A DNA stretch of 64,000 bases from an uncultured Bacillota bacterium (GCA_949287245.1 CASEFL010000002.1:80975-144974); one strand, 5' to 3'; positions 45,474 to 56,682 are shown, numbered from the stretch's first letter. Program-made: numbers and translations. Notes: generated from the sequence alone by a model not told the origin.

Positions 45474-46779
45474 GGTTGTAGAGAAAATAAAGAATCTATA
45501 TAGAAAAGATAAACTTTCTTTCTTCTTTTTAAGTGCTTGTTATTTTCTTTTATTTGCCATTTTTGTTTCCTTTCCTGTTTTAAGTGGCATTTATCCTTTT
45601 AATTACGTTCCTATCTTTTTTAGTGTTTTATTTGCAGTTTGCGTGTTTTTATATCTTTATATCAAAAAGCGTTTATTTTTAAGCCCAATGATGTTTTCTC
45701 TTCTTCTTTTTGGGGCATATAGCATTCTCGTGACTTGTTTTGGTTCTCAAGACTTTAGCTACGCTTTTACTCTAATGTCTAATATCTTAATTTGCTGTGT
45801 TATTGCAGAATTTGTTGCTAGCGAAAAATGTGCTGGTGTTGTGATAAAAATCTATGCTCTGGCAATTGCGTTTTTCTTTATTGTTTTTCTTTTTGTTTAT
45901 CGTGCAGAGATTTTAAGTCTTCATTTTGAACGGATAGGGGAATTGTTTGGTAATTTGAATCAAGTTGGGTTTACTTTGCTTACGGGATCAATTGCCTTTT
46001 CTTGGTGGGCGTTATCAACAAAAAAATGGGGTTATTTGCTTTTTATCCCTGCAATATTAATTATGGGTGTTGCCCTTTTTACGGGCTCTAGGGCTGTTTT
46101 AATTAATTCGTTTTTGCTCGTTGTTTTTGTTATTTTTTCACTTTATGGGCGTAAAAAAATATGGTTATCAATATTAACGGTAGTGGTACTTGCTATTCTC
46201 GCTGTTGGCATTTTATCTCTTCCGATATTTACTGGTTTAACTGAACGAATTCTTTCGTTATTATCTACGCTATTTGGAGTTGGAGAAGGAAATTATGATG
46301 CTTCTAGTGTTCAGCGTTTTAACATGATTATTGATGGGTTAAATTTATGGTCAAAAAATATAGTATTTGGTTACGGACTTGATGGGTTTAAGAACGCTTT
46401 AAGTTATGGTACATATTCTCATGCAACTTTAATTGAAGTCTTATGTAATTCCGGTCTTATTGGAGTTTTACTCTTTTTTATCCCTGTTTTGCGATGCAGT
46501 TTTGTTAATCCTAAAGCAAAAGAATACATGTTTTCCTTAGCATATTTTGTATGTGCGATTGTGGTGGGCCTTTTCTTTCAAATGCTAATTTATTCAAAAG
46601 CGTTTTATTTTCCTTTCTCAATCATGCTTGGCTTGTATGAATATTCTAGTGGCGGATTTAAATATACTTTGTTTATCGAAAGAAAAAGTCATTCATGGCT
46701 GCCCTTCTTTTCTTACCAAAAAGGAAATATATCTTTAACAAGAACTTTTGTATTGGAAAGTAGAGATATTAGATTATGA
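45463..46779 (+). CDS. Polysaccharide polymerase Wzy / O-antigen ligase family
   Basis: GNLNQ, TGSRA, R..., FGYG, YSHATLIEVL motifs; ~12 TM. Confidence 0.8.
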   Translation: MGNRVVEKIKNLYRKDKLSFFFLSACYFLLFAIFVSFPVLSGIYPFNYVPIFFSVLFAVCVFLYLYIKKRLFLSPMMFSLLLFGAYSILVTCFGSQDFSYAFTLMSNILICCVIAEFVASEKCAGVVIKIYALAIAFFFIVFLFVYRAEILSLHFERIGELFGNLNQVGFTLLTGSIAFSWWALSTKKWGYLLFIPAILIMGVALFTGSRAVLINSFLLVVFVIFSLYGRKKIWLSILTVVVLAILAVGILSLPIFTGLTERILSLLSTLFGVGEGNYDASSVQRFNMIIDGLNLWSKNIVFGYGLDGFKNALSYGTYSHATLIEVLCNSGLIGVLLFFIPVLRCSFVNPKAKEYMFSLAYFVCAIVVGLFFQMLIYSKAFYFPFSIMLGLYEYSSGGFKYTLFIERKSHSWLPFFSYQKGNISLTRTFVLESRDIRL

Positions 46780-47870
46780 AAATATTAATGATGGTCGGTT
46801 CTTTGACTTTTGGAGGCGCTGAAGTCTTTGCTATTAAGTTATTTCGCGCCTCAATTGGGACAAGTGTTCATATTGATTTTCTTGCTAATAAAGTTGGTGT
46901 TTTTGATCAAGAAGTGAAGGAAAATGGAAGCCAAATTTATTATGTTCCATCAAAGTCTGAATCCTTAAGAGAGTGTTATAGAGGAATCAAGAATGTTTTA
47001 AAAAAGAATTCTTATGATGCCGTTATAAAATTTGCAAATAATCCTTTTTCTGCTATTGATTTAATGGCAGTTCGTTCAAGTAGCAACGCTACAATCGCTT
47101 GCCGTTCAATGAATACAAATACTCCTGATAAGTTAATTAAAAAGATAACTTGGCCTTTTTTAAGGCCCTTGTTAAGACATTATACTGATGTAATGTTAGC
47201 CCCTTCTAAAGAAGCTGGGGAATTTCTCTTTGGTAAAAAACATTTTGATAAAAAAGGCCACGTTTTACCTAACGGGATACCATTTCATTTTTATGAATAT
47301 GACAAAAACGCTAGAGTTCAGTTACGAAATGAGTTAAGTGCAACTGAAGACACTTTTGTCATTGGTGTTGTTGGTCGACTAACAGGACAAAAAAATCCGT
47401 TTTTTAATATCGAAACATTCGAATTGCTTCAAAAAGAAAAACCAAACAGTCTGCTGGTTTTTTGTGGCGATGGAGAATTGCTTGGTGAACTGAAAAATCT
47501 TGTTTTGAAGAAAAATCTTACAAATAAAGTTGTTTTTTTGGGGTCAAGGAAGGATATCAATAAACTTTATTCCGCGTTTGATTGTTTATGGCTCCCTTCT
47601 TTTTATGAAGGTTTGCCTAATACAATTATTGAAGCGCAGGCATCTGGTTTGCCTTGCCTTGTTTCATCTAGTGTCACTAGAGAATGCAAGATTACAGATA
47701 ATGTTATTTTTCTTTCGTTAAATGCTAATGATTGGGTGAGGAATACAATAAATATAGGCTGTAAAGTGCGAATGATTGACGCTTGTTACTTAAATCAGTG
47801 CTATACGAATTCTAATTTTTCAATTGACGCTACTTTAGAAATTTTAAAAAGTTTGTTAAAACGAAATTAG
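46776..47870 (+). CDS. Glycosyltransferase family 4 (EpsF-like)
   Basis: GGAE, VGRLTGQKN, PSFYEGLPNTIIEAQASGLP. Confidence 0.92.
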   Translation: MKILMMVGSLTFGGAEVFAIKLFRASIGTSVHIDFLANKVGVFDQEVKENGSQIYYVPSKSESLRECYRGIKNVLKKNSYDAVIKFANNPFSAIDLMAVRSSSNATIACRSMNTNTPDKLIKKITWPFLRPLLRHYTDVMLAPSKEAGEFLFGKKHFDKKGHVLPNGIPFHFYEYDKNARVQLRNELSATEDTFVIGVVGRLTGQKNPFFNIETFELLQKEKPNSLLVFCGDGELLGELKNLVLKKNLTNKVVFLGSRKDINKLYSAFDCLWLPSFYEGLPNTIIEAQASGLPCLVSSSVTRECKITDNVIFLSLNANDWVRNTINIGCKVRMIDACYLNQCYTNSNFSIDATLEILKSLLKRN

Positions 47871-49387
47871 TTTCTTTTTAATAATCTTTTTGCAGTTGAT
47901 AAAGTAAAGGTTCGGAAATCTTTTCCAAGAAAGGCGAAGGAAATTGAACATATCCCTGCAATTCCTACGGCAATAAAACCATTAGCGAAGAAGAGCGTTG
48001 TATAAGAGCCTTGAATATACTTTGTTATCCAAAGAATGAAAGCAAGTTCTGCTAGAAAAAGAAAAGGCATAAAAAGCATTAACAAACAAGTTTTATCAAA
48101 TTTACTTTGAAAAATATTTTTATAAAGATAGTAAGTTGTTCCTGGAATATTGATGCAGGCATAAACCGCTACATTACTCCAAACAACTCCCAAAATCCCA
48201 AAGTTCCAAACTAAGGAAAATTTTAAAATAATTTGGACTACTAAAGAGAGGATAGGAACAAGAGCATCTTTTTTAAATAATCCTGAACAATCACGGAACG
48301 CTGCTGGTAAATAGGCAAACAAATGAATAAACCCTAAGCAAGATATCGCAAGGACGATTGGCCAAGATTCAATGTATTTTTCACCATAAAACATTGCTAC
48401 AAAAGGAGTGGAAGCAGCAGCATACCCACCATAAACAACACTAAATAAAATAAATCCGCCCAATATTGTGATGTTAAAGTAACGTTTTAAAGCCTCTTTT
48501 CCTTGCGAACGATATGCATGTCCCAAAACAGATATTGTAGCAGAGATACCAGCGCCAATAACCGTTACTAAAGCAGTAGCAATGGTATTGTAATTGGCGT
48601 AGTGACCTAACGCGGTTACAGAAATAAGCGAAGATATGATAATGGTGTCTAAAGAATTTGCCGCAATGCCTGTAATTCGGTGATAAAGTCCTCCACGCAC
48701 TAATTTATAGAGTTCTTTTTTCTCGACCAAAGATAAAGAAACATTTCCTTTAAATACATCTTTATGTTCTTTTGAAAAGACGGTTATCAAGAGAAATTGA
48801 ATGAGCAAATTTACAAGGGTGAAAGAAGAGAAAAGCAAGAAATTAGGAAAGATATAGGCAAAAATTATTTGTAAGATATGTTGAATGATGGAGGCGCCAG
48901 AGGAGGCGAAATCCTTTTTAAAGTTTTCTTTATAGGCATTTAAAAGGACCCCTTTGTAACTAAAGAAATAAACGCCGCCAGATCCAAGAAGATAGGAAAA
49001 ATAAGCAAGATAAATATCCCAAGTAACCGTAGCACCATTAGCAAGATATGGCAGAAAAATTCCTACCGCTGCTCCAGTTAAAATAACAATAACACCAATA
49101 ATTAAATAGATGCGTTTTAAATAGCAATAATATGCAGCAATTTTTTCTTTATCTCCTGCCAAAATAGGATCATAAAGACAGAAGCCTACCGCGCCAGCAA
49201 AGCCTACTTCAACGATGGTAAGAACACCAAGAATGCTATTAAACAGCGTATTAAAGCCTTGATAGTCTACTCCCATCATTTGGACAAGCGCTCGCAAGGC
49301 AAAGAAATTTAAAATTACACTTATAACCCTCAGAACAATACTTGTAATGGAATTGATTGCACCGCGTTTTTTATCCATATTCTTCAA
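47867..49387 (-). CDS. Polysaccharide flippase (Wzx/MOP family)
   Basis: ~14 TM; GFNTLFNSILGVL.IVEVG, LYDPI, DTIIIS...LGHYANY. Confidence 0.85.
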   Translation of the reverse strand: MKNMDKKRGAINSITSIVLRVISVILNFFALRALVQMMGVDYQGFNTLFNSILGVLTIVEVGFAGAVGFCLYDPILAGDKEKIAAYYCYLKRIYLIIGVIVILTGAAVGIFLPYLANGATVTWDIYLAYFSYLLGSGGVYFFSYKGVLLNAYKENFKKDFASSGASIIQHILQIIFAYIFPNFLLFSSFTLVNLLIQFLLITVFSKEHKDVFKGNVSLSLVEKKELYKLVRGGLYHRITGIAANSLDTIIISSLISVTALGHYANYNTIATALVTVIGAGISATISVLGHAYRSQGKEALKRYFNITILGGFILFSVVYGGYAAASTPFVAMFYGEKYIESWPIVLAISCLGFIHLFAYLPAAFRDCSGLFKKDALVPILSLVVQIILKFSLVWNFGILGVVWSNVAVYACINIPGTTYYLYKNIFQSKFDKTCLLMLFMPFLFLAELAFILWITKYIQGSYTTLFFANGFIAVGIAGICSISFAFLGKDFRTFTLSTAKRLLKRN

Positions 49388-49464
49388 GCAAGCATTATAG
49401 TGATTTTAGTATTTCTTCAAACAATGTTTAAATAGATTACATGCACCTTATTTGTTTTATAAGT

Positions 49465-50301
49465 TTAAAAGAACTTTAAATGCAAATCGATGTTACTAGG
49501 CGCTAAATTCTCATCGATTGGAGAGTTGTAATCTCGATTTCGATAATCACCAAATACTGTTCTTAAATAGGATTCTATATCGCTAGGAGTAGGGAACTCC
49601 CATCCTCGAAAAGGAATTGTTCTATTTCCTTTAAAGGATTCAATAGGATAAATTGAATCACGAAATAAATAAGGGGAGTATAAGTCTAAATAATGGGTTG
49701 CATTTTTGTTTTTCTTTAATGGCCAAGCTTCTAATTTCTTTCTTTTCTTAAAAAGTTTTTCTTTCTTTTGAAAATGACTAAGGAAGCGCGCGAATGGCCC
49801 TGCACATTCTTTTTGATAATCTTTTGGGGCTACTTTTAAAGAAATCCATTCTTCGTTTCTTGCTACTCTTTTTGAATAACGAATGAGTTTTGTCATTTCT
49901 CCTGTAGAAGATTCATCTAGTGGGCGAACATCAATAAAAATTCCTTTATTTTCTAAACCTTGTTTTTCAAAACGCGGTAAATCCATTGAAGTTAACCGCC
50001 CACGAATCCGACAAAAACCTTCTGGATAATGGGGGTCGGTTGTCTTATCTTCTAAGATATAAAGGCGAGATAACATATTGCCTGTAGATAAAAGAATACG
50101 AAAAATTTCATAATCCTTTCTAGGCATTAAAATTTCTCCTTGATAAGCATTCGGTAGGAAGTCTTGGAAGAGGTAGGCCCCTAAAAGAGTTTCTCCTCCT
50201 AAATAAAAGGTTAATTTTGATTCTTCACACACTCTTAATACTTCCATGAGCATTTGGAAGAGCATGGTATGGAGTTCTTCATAAGTTTCTTTTTTTATCA
50301 T
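49465..50301 (-). CDS. LicD-family protein with degenerate catalytic motif
   Basis: TLLGA...MPRKDY, GIFIDV.PLD, F.G.EF..P, YLRTVFGDY; the usual PWDDDID is replaced by PNAYQGE. Start placed at MIKKE (50301). Confidence 0.8.
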   Translation of the reverse strand: MIKKETYEELHTMLFQMLMEVLRVCEESKLTFYLGGETLLGAYLFQDFLPNAYQGEILMPRKDYEIFRILLSTGNMLSRLYILEDKTTDPHYPEGFCRIRGRLTSMDLPRFEKQGLENKGIFIDVRPLDESSTGEMTKLIRYSKRVARNEEWISLKVAPKDYQKECAGPFARFLSHFQKKEKLFKKRKKLEAWPLKKNKNATHYLDLYSPYLFRDSIYPIESFKGNRTIPFRGWEFPTPSDIESYLRTVFGDYRNRDYNSPIDENLAPSNIDLHLKFF

Positions 50302-50562
50302 AAGAGAAATTATAGCTAAGAAAAGGGAAAGACACACATTTATCTTTGTTCGAATGCTTATTGGATTCTCATTACTTTCGTAAAAGAATATTTTTCTTTT
50401 TCTTAAATTGAAAACAAATCATATAAGAATTGTTAAAAATTAGAAAAAACATATGCGTTTTGCAAAGTTATTTATTAATACAAAGAGAAAGGTTGCGAAC
50501 AATTCTTCTCATAAATATCCACGCTCAAAGAAAAAAGATACATTTTATGTTAAACTTTTCTT

Positions 50563-51801
50563 ATGAACATTACGGTAGTTGGTCTTGGATATGTAGGCCT
50601 CTCTCTTGCAGTTTTATTAGCAAAAAAACATCACGTAAAAGGCTTAGAAGTGAATCCAAAAAAAGTAGAACTTTTAAACAAAGGAATTTCCCCTATTCAT
50701 GAAGTAGGGATTATGGAAGCATTAAAAGAAGATTCCTTAGATTTAGAAGTAACTCTTGATCCCCAAATTGCTTATAAAAATACAGAACTTGTTATTCTTG
50801 CTGCACCAACGGACTATGACCCACATAAAAATTACTTTGATACTTCAAAACTGGAAGCAGCTATCGAGGTTGGTTTAAAAGAAATTGGAAATAAAGATAT
50901 TCCTTTTATCATCAAATCTACCATTCCTTTTGGCTATACCGACACTTTAAAAAATCTTTATAAGAAAGACTTGTTCTTATTTTCTCCTGAATTTTTAAGA
51001 GAAAGCCATGCTTTAGAAGATAATTTAAATCCAGCAAGAATTATTGTCGGAGGAGATTTTAAAAATCCTTTCTTAAAAAAGGCGGGAGAAACTTTTGCTA
51101 CATTGCTTTATGAAGGCGCTTTAAATCATCCTTCTGTTCTTTATATGAGTAGTAAGGAGGCTGAATGCGTAAAATTATTCGCCAATACGTATTTGGCTTT
51201 ACGAGTCGCTTTCTTTAATGAACTTGATACTTTCGCGGAAGTTCGCGGGCTTGATTCTTCCTCTATCATTAAAGGAGTATCTCTTGATTCTCGAATTGGA
51301 GATTTTTATAACAATCCTAGTTTTGGCTATGGCGGGTATTGTCTTCCTAAAGATACCAAACAGTTGAAGGCCAATTTTGAACATGTTCCAGAAACCTTAA
51401 TTAGTGCTTTAGTTGAATCTAACCGCACTAGAAAAGATTTCATCGCGGATCGCGTATTAGAAAAAGCAGGCTTTTATGGAGAGAATCACACGCTTGGAGA
51501 AAACGGAATTCCTGGGAAAGATGTTGTTATTGGGGTATATCGTCTAACCATGAAATCAGGATCAGACAATTTCCGCAGTTCTTCTATTCAAGGCGTTATG
51601 AAAAGAATTAAGGCGAAAGGAGCAAAGGTTATTGTCTATGAACCTCTTCTTTCTGAACCGACTTTCTTTGGAAGCGAAGTATTTCATGATTTAAAACAAT
51701 TTGCTTCTAGATGTGATGTCATTATTGCGAACCGTATGAATCATGAACTTCTTCCTTATGAAGATAAAGTTTATACACGAGATATTTATCGGAGAGATTA
51801 A
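50563..51801 (+). CDS. ugd: UDP-glucose 6-dehydrogenase
   Basis: [53 protein letters not shown]. Confidence 0.96.
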   Translation: MNITVVGLGYVGLSLAVLLAKKHHVKGLEVNPKKVELLNKGISPIHEVGIMEALKEDSLDLEVTLDPQIAYKNTELVILAAPTDYDPHKNYFDTSKLEAAIEVGLKEIGNKDIPFIIKSTIPFGYTDTLKNLYKKDLFLFSPEFLRESHALEDNLNPARIIVGGDFKNPFLKKAGETFATLLYEGALNHPSVLYMSSKEAECVKLFANTYLALRVAFFNELDTFAEVRGLDSSSIIKGVSLDSRIGDFYNNPSFGYGGYCLPKDTKQLKANFEHVPETLISALVESNRTRKDFIADRVLEKAGFYGENHTLGENGIPGKDVVIGVYRLTMKSGSDNFRSSSIQGVMKRIKAKGAKVIVYEPLLSEPTFFGSEVFHDLKQFASRCDVIIANRMNHELLPYEDKVYTRDIYRRD

Positions 51802-51803
51802 AG

Positions 51804-52790
51804 ATGAAAAGAATTCTTGTTACAGGTTCTGCAGGGTTCATTGGTTTTCATCTTTCTTTGCTTTTACTAAAGAAAGGGTTTTCTGTTATTGGCATTGATA
51901 ACATGAATTCTTACTATGACCATAAGCTAAAAGAGGAAAGAGAAGCTTTATTAAAAGAATATCCAAACTATAAAAGTTACCATTTTGGCCTAGAGGATTT
52001 TTCTTCATTAGAAAAGGTATTTTCTGAAGAAAAAGTGGATATTTGCGTGAATTTAGCCGCGCAGGCAGGGGTTCGTTATTCGATAAGAAATCCAGATGCT
52101 TATATTGAATCGAATATTATTGGTTTTTATCACATCTTAGAATGTTGTCGTCATTTTCCAGTTGAACAGTTAATTTATGCCTCTTCTTCTAGTGTTTATG
52201 GTGCGAATGAAAAAGTTCCTTATTGTGTGGAAGATAAATGTGACGCGCCTGTATCTTTATATGCCGCGACAAAGAAGAGTAACGAACTTTTTGCTTACGC
52301 TTATTCGAAACTTTATCAAATTCCTGCTCGCGGGGTACGTTTCTTTACTGTTTATGGAGAATGGGGCAGACCCGATATGGCATATTATTCTTTTTCAAAA
52401 AAGATATTAACTGGTGAACCCATTACCTTATTCAATAACGGAAAGATGGAAAGAGATTTTACTTATGTTGGGGACGTTGTTGAGGGTTTATTTCGGATGA
52501 TAGAAACCCCAGTTATTCCCAAAGAAGATGGTTCCTTGCACGCCGTATATAATTTGGGAAATAGTAATCCCGTTCCTTTATTAACTTTTGTTCATACTTT
52601 AGAAGAAGTTTTAGATAAGAAAGCAAAAATCACTTTTGCTCCTATGCAAAAAGGGGATGTGGTTCGTACATATGCGGATTTAAAGGACACGATTCGTGAT
52701 TTTCATTTTGAGCCTTCTACTCCTTTAAAAGAAGGATTAGAAAAGTTTGTAAAGTGGTATCGCATTTGGAGGGAAAAACATGAAATATGA
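51804..52790 (+). CDS. UDP-glucuronate 4-epimerase
   Basis: GSAGFIG, NLAAQAGVRYS, YASSSSVYG, YAATKK, FFTVYG.WGRPDMA. Confidence 0.9.
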   Translation: MKRILVTGSAGFIGFHLSLLLLKKGFSVIGIDNMNSYYDHKLKEEREALLKEYPNYKSYHFGLEDFSSLEKVFSEEKVDICVNLAAQAGVRYSIRNPDAYIESNIIGFYHILECCRHFPVEQLIYASSSSVYGANEKVPYCVEDKCDAPVSLYAATKKSNELFAYAYSKLYQIPARGVRFFTVYGEWGRPDMAYYSFSKKILTGEPITLFNNGKMERDFTYVGDVVEGLFRMIETPVIPKEDGSLHAVYNLGNSNPVPLLTFVHTLEEVLDKKAKITFAPMQKGDVVRTYADLKDTIRDFHFEPSTPLKEGLEKFVKWYRIWREKHEI

Positions 52791-53910
52791 TGCCTTAATT
52801 GTGGGTGCAGGATTATATGGTGCAACAATAGCTTATCAACTCCACCAAGCCGGGAAGAAAGTTCTTGTCTTAGAAAAAGAATCCTACGTAGGTGGGATTT
52901 GTCATCAAGAGAAAGAAGAAGGAATTTCCGTTCATACGCATGGTGCGCATATTTTCCATACAGGAGATGAAGAAGTTTGGAGTCTTGTTACTTCCTTAAC
53001 TCCTTTTGTGCCTTATATCAATTCTCCAAAAGCGAACTATCATGGGAAGTTATATTCCCTGCCATTTAACATGAATACTTTCCATGAACTTTGGCCAGAT
53101 GTAGTTACGGAAGATGATGCAAAAAGAAAACTAGAAGAAGAGACAAAGCCTTATTCTGGAATCGATGAATCGACGGTGGAAGGATGGTGTCTAGCCCATA
53201 TTGGCCCTACACTTTATGAGACATTAGTGAAGCATTATACGGAAAAACAATGGGGAATGACTTGCGATAAACTGGATAGTTCCATTATCAAGCGTTTGCC
53301 TTTACGCTTCCGCTATGATAGCAACTACTTTAATGATCCTTATCAAGGGTTACCAAAGGATGGCTATGATGCTTTAGCACACGCTCTTTTGAAAGATGTC
53401 GATGTTCTTTTAAATGTTGATTTCCTTAAAAATCGCGAAAAGTATCAAAGAATTGCGCCAATAATTATTTATTCTGGTCCATTAGATGCTTTATTTCATT
53501 ATCGGTTTGGCGCTCTTGGTTGGCGTTCTCTTCGTTTTGAAAAAGTCACTTTGGATCAAGAAGATTATCAAGGTATGGCAGTAATGAACTATACGGATGA
53601 GACAGTTGCTTATACACGTATTGTTGAACATAAACACTTTTTGAAGGAAGTCTCTTCAAAAACCATTCTTACACGGGAATATAGTTCTTCTTGGCAAGAA
53701 GGAATGGAACCTTTATATCCTTTAAAAGATGAAGAAAATCTTGCTCTAGCAAAGCGATATGAAGAAGAAGCAAAAAAAGAAGGAATTTTCCTTGGTGGGC
53801 GGTTAGGGATTTATAAATATTTAGATATGGATGATGTGATTCGTCTTGCACTAGATGATAGTAAGAAGATTTTTAGTGAACGTATCTTAATAGAAAAGAA
53901 ATCGCTATAA
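52780..53910 (+). CDS. glf: UDP-galactopyranose mutase
   Basis: GAGLYG, GAHIFHT, YTEKQWG, YFNDPYQG, RIVEHKHF, GRLG.YKYLDMD. Confidence 0.95.
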   Translation: MKYDALIVGAGLYGATIAYQLHQAGKKVLVLEKESYVGGICHQEKEEGISVHTHGAHIFHTGDEEVWSLVTSLTPFVPYINSPKANYHGKLYSLPFNMNTFHELWPDVVTEDDAKRKLEEETKPYSGIDESTVEGWCLAHIGPTLYETLVKHYTEKQWGMTCDKLDSSIIKRLPLRFRYDSNYFNDPYQGLPKDGYDALAHALLKDVDVLLNVDFLKNREKYQRIAPIIIYSGPLDALFHYRFGALGWRSLRFEKVTLDQEDYQGMAVMNYTDETVAYTRIVEHKHFLKEVSSKTILTREYSSSWQEGMEPLYPLKDEENLALAKRYEEEAKKEGIFLGGRLGIYKYLDMDDVIRLALDDSKKIFSERILIEKKSL

Positions 53911-53940
53911 TCAAAAAAGAAATTTTAGGAGAAATCATTT

Positions 53941-54648
53941 ATGGTGAAATTAGTCTTGATTCGTCACGGTCAATCCGCTTGGAACTTAGAAAATAAGTTT
54001 ACAGGTTGGACGGATGTTGATCTTTCCCCAAAAGGCGTAGAGGAAGCAAAAGAAGCAGGGAAAACTTTAAAGAAGGATGGTTATACCTTTGATCTTGCCT
54101 ATTCTTCCGTGTTAAAAAGAGCGAACCGCACAATGGACCTTGTTTTGGAAGAATTAGGAGAAGGGAACATTGAAAAACACTATAGCTGGCGTTTAAACGA
54201 AAGACATTACGGAGCCTTACAAGGATTAAATAAGGCAGAATCCGCTGTGAAATGGGGCGATGAACAAGTTCATATTTGGAGAAGATCTGCAGATGTTCAA
54301 CCTCCTGCTTTAACAAAAGATGATCCTCGTTGGCCAGGGAATCAAGAAACCTATACGAATCTTGTGAAAAAGGGAGAGATGAATGAAGAAGATCTCCCTT
54401 TAACTGAGTGTCTTGTGGATACCGCAAAGCGGGTCAAACCTTATTTTGATAAAGAAATTGCCCCTGCGATTAAAGCCGGAAAGAAGGTTTTAATTGCCGC
54501 TCACGGAAATAGCCTTCGTGCTCTTGTTATGGAACTAGAACATTTAACTGCAGAAGAGATTGTTGGGGTAGAAATTCCTACAGGAAAACCTCTTGTCTAT
54601 GAATTAGACGAGAAAACTTTAGAAGTTTTAAATAAGTACTACTTATAA
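53941..54648 (+). CDS. gpmA: 2,3-BPG-dependent phosphoglycerate mutase
   Basis: [30 protein letters not shown]. Confidence 0.97.
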   Translation: MVKLVLIRHGQSAWNLENKFTGWTDVDLSPKGVEEAKEAGKTLKKDGYTFDLAYSSVLKRANRTMDLVLEELGEGNIEKHYSWRLNERHYGALQGLNKAESAVKWGDEQVHIWRRSADVQPPALTKDDPRWPGNQETYTNLVKKGEMNEEDLPLTECLVDTAKRVKPYFDKEIAPAIKAGKKVLIAAHGNSLRALVMELEHLTAEEIVGVEIPTGKPLVYELDEKTLEVLNKYYL

Positions 54649-54665
54649 TTTCATCCTATAACCTG

Positions 54666-54693
54666 AAATGCACGGTTATCCGTGCATTTTTTT
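54666..54693. terminator. Terminator between gpmA and convergent patatin gene
   Basis: aaatgcacgg-ttat-ccgtgcattt followed by a T-run. Confidence 0.85.
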
Positions 54694-54710
54694 GTATGAG
54701 GAAAAGAGGT

Positions 54711-55970
54711 TTATAGAAGGTTCCTTTCCTTTAAAAGAAGATATAAAGCGATCAAAGCGGCAACTTCAGGAGAAGCAGCGGTTAAAGTCTCATAGGTGCT
54801 TAAATAGGATCCCTCTTTTACCTCACCATATAAACAGGCAAGCAAATCCTTATAGTGTTTTGGATTTACTTTTTTACTACCTCGATGAAGAGCGAAATAA
54901 TTAAAAGTTTTTAAAGTCCTGGCATATTCTTGAACCTTCTTTTCGCAGGTCCTTAAATAAGTGCGTAAATCATATTCATGGGTAAAAGGAACACCCATAA
55001 TATCTCCAACAAATTCAATTGTGCGGATAAATAAATCCTCTTCGCTTGTGGGAACATTTCCTTGATAGGAGAAAGCTTCTTGGATTTTGTGATAATCATA
55101 AATATGCCCGCGGTGCAATAAACTTCCGGTTAAAATTTTTCCATACTCTCCAACATTTCTTCCTTTTTTAAAGGTAAAGGCAAAACCATAAGAATCTCCT
55201 AAAGCTTTTTTGGCATCTAGATAACCAAGTTCGATACTTTCATCTACAACCTGGCGAGTAAAATCGAAAAAGGAACCAGTTTTTCTAGAAGGAGTAATTA
55301 AGGTTACAAAAGGAAGATTTTTTAGTTCTGGATGTTGAGGGTTTCGCGGCCAGGCATGGAGTTCAATAGCAATAATTTCCTCTGCGCCTAACCGCAATGC
55401 GTAATCAATAGGCATATTATTTCGATAACCGCCATCAATATAAGGTTTTCCCTTAATCCACTTGATAGGAAGAAGAGGGTAACATGCAGAGGAAGCAATT
55501 AAAAATTCTGAAATTAAATCATTATCTACTTCGTTTAGAAGCACATCATATTCTTCAAAGGAGGGAAGTTTTGTAGTAACAATTCCTACTTTTACATTAC
55601 ATTCTTTAATTCTTTGCGGATCGACATTCTCTTCAATAAGAGATTTAAGTGGTGCAGCATCCCCGCCCCCATACCAAAGATAATCTTGCGCATAATTGAT
55701 AATTTCTTTTCTTATTGATCGAGAAAAGTTTTTTAACGTATTGGGTGTTAAATTAATTCCATTTCGTAAAACAGTATGAACCGTAACGTTTTTCCAAATC
55801 TCTAAATTTTTTTCAAAGTCCCCTACGGCATACATCGCGGCATTAAGTGCCCCAATTGAAGTCCCGGTCATTACAGAAAAAGTTAACCCCTTTTCTAAAA
55901 GATACTGATAAGCACCTGCTTCATAGGCTCCTAGAGAGCCTCCTCCACAAAGAACCAAACCTTTTTCCAT
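54711..55970 (-). CDS. Patatin-like phospholipase
   Basis: GGGSLGAY, GTSIG, DGG motifs. Confidence 0.92.
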   Translation of the reverse strand: MEKGLVLCGGGSLGAYEAGAYQYLLEKGLTFSVMTGTSIGALNAAMYAVGDFEKNLEIWKNVTVHTVLRNGINLTPNTLKNFSRSIRKEIINYAQDYLWYGGGDAAPLKSLIEENVDPQRIKECNVKVGIVTTKLPSFEEYDVLLNEVDNDLISEFLIASSACYPLLPIKWIKGKPYIDGGYRNNMPIDYALRLGAEEIIAIELHAWPRNPQHPELKNLPFVTLITPSRKTGSFFDFTRQVVDESIELGYLDAKKALGDSYGFAFTFKKGRNVGEYGKILTGSLLHRGHIYDYHKIQEAFSYQGNVPTSEEDLFIRTIEFVGDIMGVPFTHEYDLRTYLRTCEKKVQEYARTLKTFNYFALHRGSKKVNPKHYKDLLACLYGEVKEGSYLSTYETLTAASPEVAALIALYLLLKERNLL

Positions 55971-56197
55971 GATACTTAAGATTTACCTTATTTTCTTAAT
56001 ATTCTCAATAAAAGAATGTTACTTTTAATTATTTAAAAGCGCGGTAAAAGAAGATTGATTGGATAAAACTTTTTTCTATAAAGAACATAGGTTTCATTTT
56101 GTTTCTATAAACTTTTCGTTTGCTTTCAAGATTTACAAAATGATCTATATCTTTACTTAGAATATGTTCTTTTTATTCACTAGTTCTCTTTTCCTAT

Positions 56198-56221
56198 AAA
56201 AAAACTGCTCTTGCGAGCAGT
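56198..56221 (-). terminator. Terminator of desulfoferrodoxin gene
   Basis: actgctc-ttgc-gagcagt stem; A-run on + strand. Confidence 0.75.
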
Positions 56222-56237
56222 CATAAACAATATTTAT

Positions 56238-56606
56238 TTAGAATTCTGCTTTCCAAAGGCCATGGAGGTTGCAGTATGCATAAACGGTCCCATGGGTAAC
56301 GTGACGGAACTCTGCTTCTGGTTTTTCTCCCGCTTTCAGATGATGAATTTGAATATCGCCTTCACTTTCTACCGCGATCCATTCAATAAGATGTGCTTCG
56401 GTCATAGGGTGTTCTATGGAACCCACTTTTACATGAATACGATGTTCACATACTCTTTCAATGACGGGAACATGTTTTTCAACTGCAGCATCCACCGCTC
56501 CAGGAAGAAGTTCCACCATTTTTTCTCCACAACAAACGGGATTAACATGACCATCTTTTAAAACAAGAACAACGTTGCCGCAATGATTACATTTATAAAC
56601 TTTCAT
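56238..56606 (-). CDS. Desulfoferrodoxin / superoxide reductase
   Basis: CNHCGN...CCG centre I; EKHVP, HPM...H, CNLHGLW centre II; SD aaggag. Confidence 0.95.
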   Translation of the reverse strand: MKVYKCNHCGNVVLVLKDGHVNPVCCGEKMVELLPGAVDAAVEKHVPVIERVCEHRIHVKVGSIEHPMTEAHLIEWIAVESEGDIQIHHLKAGEKPEAEFRHVTHGTVYAYCNLHGLWKAEF

Positions 56607-56682
56607 AAGTGCTCCTTTTATTTATTCACTATAAAACTCCTTTTCTCTAGTCTCAAGAAAGATGCATCTTCATAATAGAAAT

